DNA of 64,000 bases from Candidatus Multivoradales bacterium (GTDB lineage Bacteria > Acidobacteriota > Thermoanaerobaculia > Multivoradales > Multivoraceae), in the NCBI GenBank assembly GCA_965223325.1, contig CBDCWI010000002.1, forward strand, positions 2,368,001-2,432,000, given 5' to 3'. Shown here piece after piece: positions 1-8,790 of this stretch. The notes below the pieces were generated by a model, which saw only the letters and a list, made by a program, of their open reading frames with translations, was not told the origin of the DNA and made no database searches. How positions within the stretch are numbered: position 1 is the stretch's first letter; each line of letters begins with the position of its first letter. A program made the translations under genes and the position numbers.

Positions 1-91
1 CGTTCACAAATGGCTTCTGAGGATTCCGGCGAGTCTATCCCCCGCACTACCCAATCCCCCAAAACCCGCCCCAATCGACCCAGCCACCCGC

Positions 92-120
92 TTGACCCCG
101 GAACAGCCACGGGCTATGTT
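92..120 (+). promoter_or_regulatory. sigma70-type promoter for tRNA-Pro
   Basis: TTGACC (92-97), 17 bp spacer, TATGTT (115-120), just upstream of the tRNA. Confidence 0.6.
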
Positions 121-147
121 TCGCCATTCGCGATCCGCAGGAGAATT

Positions 148-225
<78 letters not shown>

Positions 226-287
226 CAAACCCGTTGGCATCTCCCCAGGGCCCAAGAAGCCCTCCGCAAGTGACCTTCGGGCACAGA

Positions 288-907
288 CCAATCCCGAAAA
301 GATCGCCCCGACGAGCACCGCCCTACCCCCTCACCAAACGTCGACGGTCAACCCAGTCCCAAGCTGAGGAGCGGCGAGCGCAGGGCCGAGGGTGCTCTTT
401 CCGGCCGCACTAGAAGGCCCACGGCAGTCAACAAAAGACAAGCGGCCGGAACGCTATGCCTCTATCGAGGCCAGCGGGCGGCGCCACCCAGCCGCAGGAA
501 CAAGAAGCGACGCCGTGCCCGGAGGCCGGGCGCCCGCCGTTCACCAGCGGCGCCGTCCCCAACCTCAACAGTCCAGCAAGGCCACCAACCAACGCACGCA
601 CTGACACTCCAATCCCGAAAAGATCGCAACGACAAGCACCGCCCCACCCCCTCACCAAACGTCGACGGTCAACCGGTCCCAAGCTGGGGAGCGGCGGGCG
701 CAGGGCCGAGGGTGCTCTTTCCGGCCGCACTAGAAGAACCAAGGCAGTCAAACAACGATAGGCGGCCGGAAAGCTATGCCTCTATCGAGGCCAGCGGGCG
801 GCGCCAGCCAGCCGCAGGAACAAGAAGCGACGCCGTGCCCGGAGGCCAGGCGCCCGTCGTTCACCAGCGGCGCCGTCCCCAACCTCAACAGTCCAGCAAG
901 GCCACCA
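288..907. repeat. Two tandem ~320-bp near-identical copies (288-587 and 609-907) of a structured intergenic repeat
   Basis: Direct alignment by eye: shared blocks CCAATCCCGAAAAGATCG, GGGCCGAGGGTGCTCTTTCCGGCCGCACTAGAAG, CAAGAAGCGACGCCGTGCCC, GGCCACCA; internal inverted repeats. Confidence 0.92.
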
Positions 908-929
908 CCAAGCCGCGAAGAAAGGAAAG

Positions 930-1805
930 CTACTCCGCTTCCGACTCGGGCGCTTCCGACTCGGACGCTTCCGAATCGGACACCTCCGAAGACTCCGAAG
1001 AAGCACCATCACCACAGCCATCAAGCTCATCCCCAGCCTTGACCTCAACCAAAACGACCGTCACGTTATCCAACCCTCCGCGGTCGTTCGCGGCATCAAT
1101 CAACTCCTGGCAGATCTGATCAAGCGGCAAGTCCTTCTTCATGTAGCGCTCGATCTCATCGTCTTCGAGCATCGTCGTCAGACCATCGCTACACACCAGG
1201 TACACATCACCGGCCCGCAGCTCGAGCTCGGCAAGGTCGACCAGGACCTCCTTCTCGCTGCCCAGCGCCCGCGTCACGACGTTCTTGAGCGGGTGTACGC
1301 GAGCCTGCTCAGCGGACAGGTAACCCGCCACCACCTGCTCGTTGACCCAGGTGTGGTCCTGGGTGAGCAACTCAAACGCACCGTCGCGGAGGCGGTAGGC
1401 ACGGCTGTCGCCAACATGCGCTAGCGCCGCGATGTCACCGTCGACATAGAGACCCACCACCGTCGTCCCCATGCCGTGCAGCTCGTGATCCTGGATGATC
1501 GCCTGCAGGACCTGCTGATGGGCAGTGCGCACCGCGTTACGCAGGCGGTTCGAGTGCTTCTGAAACTCCGGTTCGCTGCGGTACTTGTCGTATCGCGGGT
1601 CGTCTGCCGTCTCGCTGATGAAGTCGCGAATCGCGTCGACGGCGATCCGCGAAGCGACCTCACCATGGCTGTGACCGCCCATGCCGTCAGCGACGATAAA
1701 GAGCTGCGCCTCCGAGTCGATCTCGAAGCAGTCTTCATTGTGCTTGCGAGTCATTCCCGTATGGGTCAGACCCGAAGACTCTACGATGATCCCATTCTTC
1801 GCCAC
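930..1805 (-). CDS. PP2C/Stp1-family Ser/Thr protein phosphatase
   Basis: Motifs RKHNED, VADGMGGH, GEVAS, MGTT, HVGDSRAY, CSDGL, GGLDNVT; start taken at GTG 1805 just after the upstream stop. Confidence 0.93.
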   Translation of the reverse strand: MAKNGIIVESSGLTHTGMTRKHNEDCFEIDSEAQLFIVADGMGGHSHGEVASRIAVDAIRDFISETADDPRYDKYRSEPEFQKHSNRLRNAVRTAHQQVLQAIIQDHELHGMGTTVVGLYVDGDIAALAHVGDSRAYRLRDGAFELLTQDHTWVNEQVVAGYLSAEQARVHPLKNVVTRALGSEKEVLVDLAELELRAGDVYLVCSDGLTTMLEDDEIERYMKKDLPLDQICQELIDAANDRGGLDNVTVVLVEVKAGDELDGCGDGASSESSEVSDSEASESEAPESEAE

Positions 1806-1809
1806 TTCT

Positions 1810-2424
1810 CTACCTATCCTTCTCGAGCTGCTGGAGCGCTTCTTCGACCTTCGGGTCTGGATCGCCCCACTGCAAGGCAGTCCGATAGTAGCGCTCCGCA
1901 CGAATCGACATACCGGCGGCTGCGAACATCCGGCCGGCGAGCTTGTTGTAATCGGGGTTCATCGTCTCGATCTCGCAGGCTTCGGCGATCGCCTTCAGGC
2001 CGCGGCTGCGCCAACGAGGATTCTGTGAACAGGTCAAGGCGAGGTAGTACCAGGCCTGCGCGTTCTTGGCGTCCTGTTGGGTTGCGCGGTCGAAGTTCTC
2101 AGCCGCCTGGACGAACTGGCGCTGCTTGTACGCCTTGACGCCACGCGACAGGTAGACCTTGGCGAGCTCCTCGGGCACTGGGCCCTGCGTCGGCCCGGAG
2201 TCGGGTGACTGCAGCTCCATATCGTGCAGGCGCCGGCGCTCGGGATTGAAGAGCACATTGAAGGCCTCGGTGATCCCCTGGAAGACTTCCTCGGCCTCGG
2301 CCTTGTCTTCGCCCTGGAAAAGATCGGGGTGGCGCTCGCGCGCCAACTGCAGAAAACGCGCGCGAATGTCTGCTCGTGAGGCGTTGCGATCGACCTCGAG
2401 TACCGAGTAGTAGTCACGCGGCAT
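1810..2424 (-). CDS. J-domain (DnaJ-like) protein with TPR repeats
   Basis: DYYSVLEV...HPD J-domain motif; C-terminal TPR-like helices (AQAWYYLA). Confidence 0.88.
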   Translation of the reverse strand: MPRDYYSVLEVDRNASRADIRARFLQLARERHPDLFQGEDKAEAEEVFQGITEAFNVLFNPERRRLHDMELQSPDSGPTQGPVPEELAKVYLSRGVKAYKQRQFVQAAENFDRATQQDAKNAQAWYYLALTCSQNPRWRSRGLKAIAEACEIETMNPDYNKLAGRMFAAAGMSIRAERYYRTALQWGDPDPKVEEALQQLEKDR

Positions 2425-2486
2425 GGCTCAACCCGCGCCTCCGCAAGAAGGACTGTCGTCCGCAGTCGTTGTCGCTCAACACGTCG

Positions 2487-3620
2487 CTAGCCTCGCTTTG
2501 CCGTTGCGAGTCGTTTGGCCTGCTTACGTACCGCGTCGGCCACGTTGCGATCACGCGTCAGCTGCGTGAGATCTCGCATCGACAGTCGTGGAATCTGGCG
2601 CATGGCAATCGGAATCGGGGTTCGTGGGTTGCGAACCAGGTTGTGCATCACCGAGTACTTACGAATCCACTCACGGTTCTGGGAGATCTTCATCAACACT
2701 TCTTCACACACCGTGCGACTCGCAGACACCTTCTCGATCTCGGACTCGGTCACTGCAGAGGCTCCGAGCACTGCAACTGCAACGTTCGGGTTGGGGTCTC
2801 GCAGGAGGATCCCACGAAGTGAGCGGCCAGCGCCACGGGCGAGCTTTTGCCGCAGCGGCGGCGGCAGTGCCTTGATCTGCGCCTCAGTGAGCGACGCCAC
2901 GTCGAGTTCCGCCTCCTCGCCCTCTTCGACGTCCGAAGCGATCGCCGCCTCGATGTCGGCCTGCTCCATTGGGGTCCCGGCAGCAGCCAGCGCCGCTGCC
3001 ACTTCGGCGACAACCGAATCGTCTCCCTCGCCGGCGGCCTCGACTTCGGCGGGGGCGTCACCGTCGGCATCGGGTGCGACCTGCTCCTTGGACTCGAGGG
3101 GGTCATCGACGCGGACCAGGTGGCGCCGGTACTCCGCCACGCGACGCACGGCAAACGAACTGAGCGAGGGGTTCTCCTCGATCGCGTCGAGCAGCTCCGG
3201 GTTCTCGACGATCAGGTCCTGGCGCAGCAGGAGGATCTCCTGCATGGCCTCAGAAAGGGTCGGCGCGATCTCTGCCGCCAGTTCAACTGGAAAATCGCGA
3301 CGCTGGATGAGGATCTCGAGAAGGGTTGGGTCTTTTGAGTTGCGCGCAAACCACGAAACCGTTCCGATGCTCGCGTCCTTCCTGAAGAAGCCTTGCATCG
3401 AAAGAGCATCGACGCCCGCGAGTGACGTCGACGCGGCTTCCGCCACGCTTTCGTCCTCGTGCGTCGTGAGCTGGACCTGCAGGTTGATCAGCTCGTCCTG
3501 GGGCAACGGCAGGATCCCCTGCGCCGCCAGGTGCACCAGGCGGGGCTTGGCGCCGCTCAACACCTGGGCAACCAGCGGGTGAACTGCGGGGCCGGTCTCG
3601 GTGGGTGAGGTCGACTCCAT
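2487..3620 (-). CDS. Conserved hypothetical helical-repeat protein
   Basis: 377-aa ORF in operon context; C-terminal LRDPNPNVAVAVL...W...Y...LVRNPRTP block shared with 4558-5334. Confidence 0.75.
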   Translation of the reverse strand: MESTSPTETGPAVHPLVAQVLSGAKPRLVHLAAQGILPLPQDELINLQVQLTTHEDESVAEAASTSLAGVDALSMQGFFRKDASIGTVSWFARNSKDPTLLEILIQRRDFPVELAAEIAPTLSEAMQEILLLRQDLIVENPELLDAIEENPSLSSFAVRRVAEYRRHLVRVDDPLESKEQVAPDADGDAPAEVEAAGEGDDSVVAEVAAALAAAGTPMEQADIEAAIASDVEEGEEAELDVASLTEAQIKALPPPLRQKLARGAGRSLRGILLRDPNPNVAVAVLGASAVTESEIEKVSASRTVCEEVLMKISQNREWIRKYSVMHNLVRNPRTPIPIAMRQIPRLSMRDLTQLTRDRNVADAVRKQAKRLATAKRG

Positions 3621-4474
3621 CAGGAAGGACCGTCCGGCGCTCTGACCGCAGCCTGCTCGAGCTGGCTCAACAGCTCCCGGTTGACGATGAACTCTTCACC
3701 GTTCTTGACCGGCGGCCGATAGGCGACGCCGTTGATCTCGACCGCCGCGCCGGCGAGATTCTGCAGCGCCAGGCGAACCTCGTTCTGCGCCTCGAAGCGC
3801 AGCGACTCACCCTGTACGCGCAGTTCAGAGCGCACCCGCTCGCCATCGACATACGCCTCTACCCAGCAACTCTGCGTGAAGTCGACTGTGACGGCGATCG
3901 GCAAGGGCGCGGCAACGTCCGCCGGCTCGGCGGCGGCGCCGGTCGTCGCATTAGCGGCAGTCGCAGTCGCTTCTCCGGAAAGGGCTTCTCCGCCGAGGGC
4001 ACTTTGCCTGGCGGGTGGGGCCATCGGCGGCACGGATGCCGCATCATCCTGAGAGCGATCGAGGTACCAGTTCAAGCCACCCACGGCGGCAAAAACCACG
4101 ATCGCCAGACCGGTCAGAATCAGCGCCCAGGGCGGCGACGGGACCGGCGGTGCTTCGGGAACCTGGTCGACTTCCGTCTCGCCGGCCTCACCGGCAACCG
4201 CGGCCAAGTAGTAGTTGACCACCTCGTCGGTATCGAGGCCAACAAAGCTCGCGTACTCACGCAGAAAGCCCTTGGCAAAAACCGGCGCCGGCAAGACCTC
4301 GAAGCGGTCCTGCTCCAGAGCCTCGAGGTAGCGCAGGCTGATCTTCGTCGAGTCGGCGATCTCACGCAGACCGATCTCACGAATCTCCCTCTGCCGCCGC
4401 AACCAGATACCGAAGGAATCGTCTGGATTGATGGCGTTGGGGAATGGGCGGGATGGTTTCAACACTTCAGCCAA
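3620..4474 (-). CDS. rodZ: RodZ-like HTH membrane protein with C-terminal DUF4115-like domain
   Basis: FGIWLRRQRE...IADSTKISLRYLEALE...GFLREYA HTH, one TM segment, C-terminal CWVEAYVDG beta domain. Confidence 0.82.
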   Translation of the reverse strand: MAEVLKPSRPFPNAINPDDSFGIWLRRQREIREIGLREIADSTKISLRYLEALEQDRFEVLPAPVFAKGFLREYASFVGLDTDEVVNYYLAAVAGEAGETEVDQVPEAPPVPSPPWALILTGLAIVVFAAVGGLNWYLDRSQDDAASVPPMAPPARQSALGGEALSGEATATAANATTGAAAEPADVAAPLPIAVTVDFTQSCWVEAYVDGERVRSELRVQGESLRFEAQNEVRLALQNLAGAAVEINGVAYRPPVKNGEEFIVNRELLSQLEQAAVRAPDGPS

Positions 4475-4557
4475 GGCAATCTCCGAGCCACAGTAGTGTA
4501 CCTAGAGAGGGTGGAGATTTTCTAGTTTCGGGCCCTGAAATCCTTGATTTCTCGCGT

Positions 4558-5334
4558 TCAGCTTCCGCTCCGCGGCGGTCGCGCCAGTTGGGCCGCGCGC
4601 TGCTTCACCGGGGTGCGTAGAGTTCGGTCACGCGCCAGGGACTCGAGGTCGCCCCGGCGGAGGCCGCTCAAGAGATAGAGCGCGTTGTGAATGGGAGTCC
4701 TGGGGTTCCGACACAGTTGCAGCTTCAGATCGTACCGGACCCCCCACTTCGATGACGATGCCAACATCCCGAGGAGTTCGCTGGCCGTCGACGTGCTGCG
4801 AGCAACCGGCATCAACAGACCCACCGTCAAGCGTGGGTTCTGGAGCAGGGCCTCGAAGACGCGCGGGTGCGGCTCGTGACGCAGGTAGCGCAACGCCGCA
4901 TCGCCAGCGCTGCGCGCGAGGGTGATCTTCTCGCCCAGACTCAGCCCCGGCAGGCGATTGCAGAGCGCGTTCTCGGCATGCCGTCGAATGAGTGGTGGCA
5001 CCGAGACGTCGCGACCGAGGCGGGCGAGATCAGTCCAGCGGAGTGTCGCCAGAAAGCGCATCGCCACCGCCTGCGGCGCCAGTCGATGGGCGGCGACATC
5101 GCGCCGCCACTCATAGTCCGTCGCCAGGCGCTCCTCGGCGATCAGGAGTCGTAGCGTCTCGAGCGTCAGATAGGGATGGCGCAGCACCTGACGCGCCAGG
5201 CCCGCGTCGATCCGCTCGAGCTCCTCCTCGACCAGACTCGGGAGCTCCTCCGGCCCCGCCTCGAGGAGCGCGCGCGCCAGACCGTCCCGTCCTTCTCCAG
5301 GCGGTTCTGCTCCCGGTGGTGTTGGTGTCGTCAT
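4558..5334 (-). CDS. Conserved hypothetical helical-repeat protein, partial paralog of 2487-3620
   Basis: LSLGEKITLAR...LLQNPRLT...WGVRYDLKLQLCRNPRTP. Confidence 0.75.
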   Translation of the reverse strand: MTTPTPPGAEPPGEGRDGLARALLEAGPEELPSLVEEELERIDAGLARQVLRHPYLTLETLRLLIAEERLATDYEWRRDVAAHRLAPQAVAMRFLATLRWTDLARLGRDVSVPPLIRRHAENALCNRLPGLSLGEKITLARSAGDAALRYLRHEPHPRVFEALLQNPRLTVGLLMPVARSTSTASELLGMLASSSKWGVRYDLKLQLCRNPRTPIHNALYLLSGLRRGDLESLARDRTLRTPVKQRAAQLARPPRSGS

Positions 5335-5488
5335 CTGCAGTCTCAGGGCGTCTCAGAAGGCCGAACTCTCCGGCACCGAAGAATTCTCTGCTATCTTGCC
5401 TGCTCGCCCAACTGAATCGCGGCCCTCGGGCCGTTCGCATCGTGCCCGCCTGGGACAGAAGGCCGGCGGACCCCTTTTGGAGAGATGA

Positions 5489-7555
5489 ATGAGGCTTCCG
5501 ACAGAGATACGGGAGGCGCTCGCCGATGGCGAGATCGACCTGGTCGAGTCGGCCTGGATTGAACGCGCCGAGATCAAACCCTACGATCTGCAGTGGTTCA
5601 ACCCAGTCGCCAAAGCGTTGATTGACCGCAACGAGGAGCCTCTCGCGCGCACGCTGCTCGAACTGCTCGACGATCAGCTGCAGACGGGGCGCTACTGGAA
5701 CGAGCGTCTCGACCTCATCCGCGAACACGGCAAGCACTGGATCAAGACCGGCCACATCTTCGAAACGGTGATGGAGTCGGTTCGCAACCTCTACTCCGAA
5801 CAACCCGAGAAGCTCGACCAGGTTCTTGGCATCGTTGGACTCGACGGCGAACGAGACGACACACCCAAGCTCTGGGACAAGATCGAGCGCACCCGCAACC
5901 TTTTCGCCTACACGCCCGGCACCATCGTCTATATGGAAGGCAAGGGCGTTGGCCGCGTCGAATCCGTCAACCTCGCCCTGGCAACCCTCAAGGTCGACTT
6001 CGAAAAGGTCAAGAACCTCTCCGTCGGCTTCCGCGCTGCCGGAACCATGCTCGAGCCGCTGCCGGAGGGTCACGTCCTGCGACGCAAGATCGAGGAGCCC
6101 GAGACCCTCTCGTCCCTCGACCCGGCGGAGCTCCTGCGCACCGTCATGGCGAGCTACGAACGGGCGCTAACAGCCGCCGAGGTGCGTGAAGCGGTCTCTG
6201 GCCTGGTCCCCGAGAAGAAATGGAGCAGTTGGTGGACGGCAGCCCGCAAGCACCCACAGGTCGTCGTCGAGAGTGGGAAGAAGCAGGCGTACCGCTGGGC
6301 CGAATCGGCAACCCATGCCGAAGACGCTCTCTGGGCTGAGTTCGAGAAGGCCAAGCCCAAGACCCGCCTCGACCTACTGCGTCGCGCCAGCAATCAAGAT
6401 GCAGAGCTGCGCGCCCGCATGGCTGGCGTCATGGAGCAGGACGGCAAGAAACTGGCGACCAGCGACCCGGCCCTGGCGTTCGAAACCTGGCAGGCACTCG
6501 ACCGCATCGGTCACTCCCCCAGCGAGTGGACGCCTGCCACCCTGGTCAAACAGAAGGGCAAACCGCCGCACCTGTGGATCTCTAGACTCGGAACGCGCTC
6601 GCTGCGCGAGCTGGCCTACCGCGAAACGCGCAACGAGCGCGAGGACTGGGCCAACAGCCTCGAGTCAGCGTTCCTGCGCGAGGAAGACCCCAAGGCTCTG
6701 GAAGTCCTACTCGACCTGCTCGCCGAGGACAGTCCCGAGGCACGTCAGCGCGTTCTCGATCAAGCGGTGAGTCAACCGCGCAAGACGCCGGCACAGTTCA
6801 CCTTCGTCGCCGAACGAGCGGCGAACGATGAGGAGTTACGTGACCGCCGCGGGTTGCGCCTGCTCAAGCAGATCCTCACCTCGCTGTCTGATCCCAACTT
6901 CGACTCGTTTCACGGCCGGCTGGGGGTCCTCTGCGATACCGGAGGCACCGTTCCGCGCCTCCTCGGTCACCTCACACCCGAACAGGCTGCCGACGCCGAG
7001 AAGGCCTTCGAAGAGGCCAACGGCCTCGAGGACTACCGGCGGGCGCCGCTGCTCGAGGCGATTCGCCTGCGCTTCCCGACCCTGCGGCGACAGGAAGAGT
7101 CGCCGCTCTATACGACCCAGGCCAACCTGGAAGCCAAACATGCAGAGCTCCAGGATCTGGCTGAGAAGGAGATTCCGGCCAACCGCAAAGCCATCGAGGT
7201 GGCGCGCGAAATGGGCGACCTGCGCGAGAACTTCGAATACAAAGCCGCCCGCCAGCGCCATGAGTACCTCACCGCACGCGCCACCGAACTTGCGCAGCAG
7301 ATCGAACGGGCGCTGGCCCTCGATCCCGAAACGATCGATACCGACCAGGTGCGGCCCGGGACCCGGGTGGACCTTTCTGCCGGCGACGAAACGCGCACGA
7401 TCACCATCCTCGGCCCGTGGGAGAGCGATCCCGAAAACGGCGTGATCTCTTTCGAGTCCGAGCTCGCCGAGGCGCTGATTGGCGGCAAGGTCGGCGACCA
7501 GGTCTCGGTCTCCGGAACCGAGATGACGATCGACTCGATCGAAGCCTGGGAATAG
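5489..7555 (+). CDS. GreA/GreB-family elongation factor with long N-terminal extension
   Basis: C-terminal AREMGDLRENFEYKAAR and ILGPWESDPENGVISFESELA Gre motifs; about 530 extra N-terminal residues. Confidence 0.88.
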   Translation: MRLPTEIREALADGEIDLVESAWIERAEIKPYDLQWFNPVAKALIDRNEEPLARTLLELLDDQLQTGRYWNERLDLIREHGKHWIKTGHIFETVMESVRNLYSEQPEKLDQVLGIVGLDGERDDTPKLWDKIERTRNLFAYTPGTIVYMEGKGVGRVESVNLALATLKVDFEKVKNLSVGFRAAGTMLEPLPEGHVLRRKIEEPETLSSLDPAELLRTVMASYERALTAAEVREAVSGLVPEKKWSSWWTAARKHPQVVVESGKKQAYRWAESATHAEDALWAEFEKAKPKTRLDLLRRASNQDAELRARMAGVMEQDGKKLATSDPALAFETWQALDRIGHSPSEWTPATLVKQKGKPPHLWISRLGTRSLRELAYRETRNEREDWANSLESAFLREEDPKALEVLLDLLAEDSPEARQRVLDQAVSQPRKTPAQFTFVAERAANDEELRDRRGLRLLKQILTSLSDPNFDSFHGRLGVLCDTGGTVPRLLGHLTPEQAADAEKAFEEANGLEDYRRAPLLEAIRLRFPTLRRQEESPLYTTQANLEAKHAELQDLAEKEIPANRKAIEVAREMGDLRENFEYKAARQRHEYLTARATELAQQIERALALDPETIDTDQVRPGTRVDLSAGDETRTITILGPWESDPENGVISFESELAEALIGGKVGDQVSVSGTEMTIDSIEAWE

Positions 7556-7558
7556 GCC

Positions 7559-7990
7559 TCAGGGTTCGTCAGCCGGCGACGGCGTCACCACCGGAATGAT
7601 CTGGGGTTCGCCATCGGCGGGCGGAGCCTTGGTGCGGCTCATGGCGTGCGACACCAGGAAGACGATGGCCGCGAGCGCCAGGATGACTGCCAGCAGGCTC
7701 CATACCGCGGTCGTGCTGCCGAGGTAGCGGTTGCGCCGCTCCTCGAGCTTGCCGGCCAGACCTCGGTCCGGATCGTCGAGGCGGATCTGGCGTGCGACGC
7801 GACTGCGTAGTTCTTCGGGGAGCGGTGGACGGTCGAGGCCGCGTAGGCCTTCGACGACCGCGCGCAGCTCCTCGAGCCGGGCACGCGACTCCGGTGATCG
7901 CTCGAGTCGCTGTTCGAGGTCACGGCGGGCTGCCGGCGGCAGCTCGCGATCGAGATAAGCGGATAGTTCTTCGACTGTGATCGGCTTCAT
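7559..7990 (-). CDS. Membrane anti-sigma factor (degenerate zf-HC2 type)
   Basis: ELSAYLDREL...LEQRLERSPESRA N-terminus, one TM helix, directly downstream of the ECF sigma; alternative start at 8035. Confidence 0.78.
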   Translation of the reverse strand: MKPITVEELSAYLDRELPPAARRDLEQRLERSPESRARLEELRAVVEGLRGLDRPPLPEELRSRVARQIRLDDPDRGLAGKLEERRNRYLGSTTAVWSLLAVILALAAIVFLVSHAMSRTKAPPADGEPQIIPVVTPSPADEP

Positions 7991-8031
7991 GGTTCGAATG
8001 GTCTTGGGTTTACACGACGCGGAGCGCGCGC

Positions 8032-8655
8032 TCAAACGTCTCCTTGGGGCGAAGATGGCGACTCGCTTTGCTGTGCAATCAGGGCCTTCCTCAACTGCTC
8101 GCGACCGCGTGCAATGCGGCTACGCACGGTTCCGATACGGACCCGCAAAACCTCAGCGATCTCCTGATACGAGAGCTCATCGAGATCTCTCAGAATGACA
8201 GCTTCCCTGAAGACCCGGTCGACGCCGAGAAGAGCATGCGCCACCCGTGCCTTCGCATCCTGCGCCAGCACGCGCTCTTCGGGATCGCGACGCTCGTCGA
8301 CTGGAACCGCCGCCGCCTCGCGATCGAGCGAGTCGACATCGAGACGCTTGCGCGACAATCGCGTTCGACAGTGGTTGACACACACTCTGTAGACCCAGGT
8401 CTTGAGTTTGGAGCGACCCTGGAACTTCCCCAGGCTTTTGTGAATGCGAAGGAAGACTTCCTGGCTCAGGTCTTCGGCGCGTTCGGGTTTGCCCGACATG
8501 CGCAACGCAAGGTGGTACACCATCGGGGCGAACTCTTCGTAGACCTCGTCAAAAGCAGCCTGATCCCCGTACCGATGCCGCATCGCGACATCGCGTTCCC
8601 ACTCTTCGCTCGAGCGTTCGACGGTCGCACCGGCGACATGGGGCGCAGTTGTCAT
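8032..8655 (-). CDS. ECF (RpoE-like) sigma-70 factor
   Basis: AEDLSQEVF, FQGRSKLKTWVYRV, LSYQEIAEVL..GTVRSRIARGR. Confidence 0.95.
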   Translation of the reverse strand: MTTAPHVAGATVERSSEEWERDVAMRHRYGDQAAFDEVYEEFAPMVYHLALRMSGKPERAEDLSQEVFLRIHKSLGKFQGRSKLKTWVYRVCVNHCRTRLSRKRLDVDSLDREAAAVPVDERRDPEERVLAQDAKARVAHALLGVDRVFREAVILRDLDELSYQEIAEVLRVRIGTVRSRIARGREQLRKALIAQQSESPSSPQGDV

Positions 8656-8790
8656 CTCAACGATTCGGTCATGGGTGGCTTCTCGGTCCTTCGCCCTCTA
8701 GTCGACTTCCGGAAACCGCCATTGGTTCCCGACATTCTCGCGAGAGCGCGTAAACCTCGATAGAAGGAACGATTTGGGGCCCCAGCCCCT

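Noticed and set aside
288-907. CRISPR array or small protein genes in the tandem repeat
   Set aside because: Unit is ~320 bp with no unique spacers and no cas genes; ORFs differ in frame between copies and lack RBS
937-1000. 15-bp GCTTCCGACTCGG-type repeats
   Set aside because: Encode the low-complexity acidic tail of the PP2C
2515-3582. Long antisense and alternate-frame ORFs (also 9052-10044, 37005-38063, 61774-62829 and others)
   Set aside because: Shadow ORFs expected in high-GC DNA opposite well-supported genes
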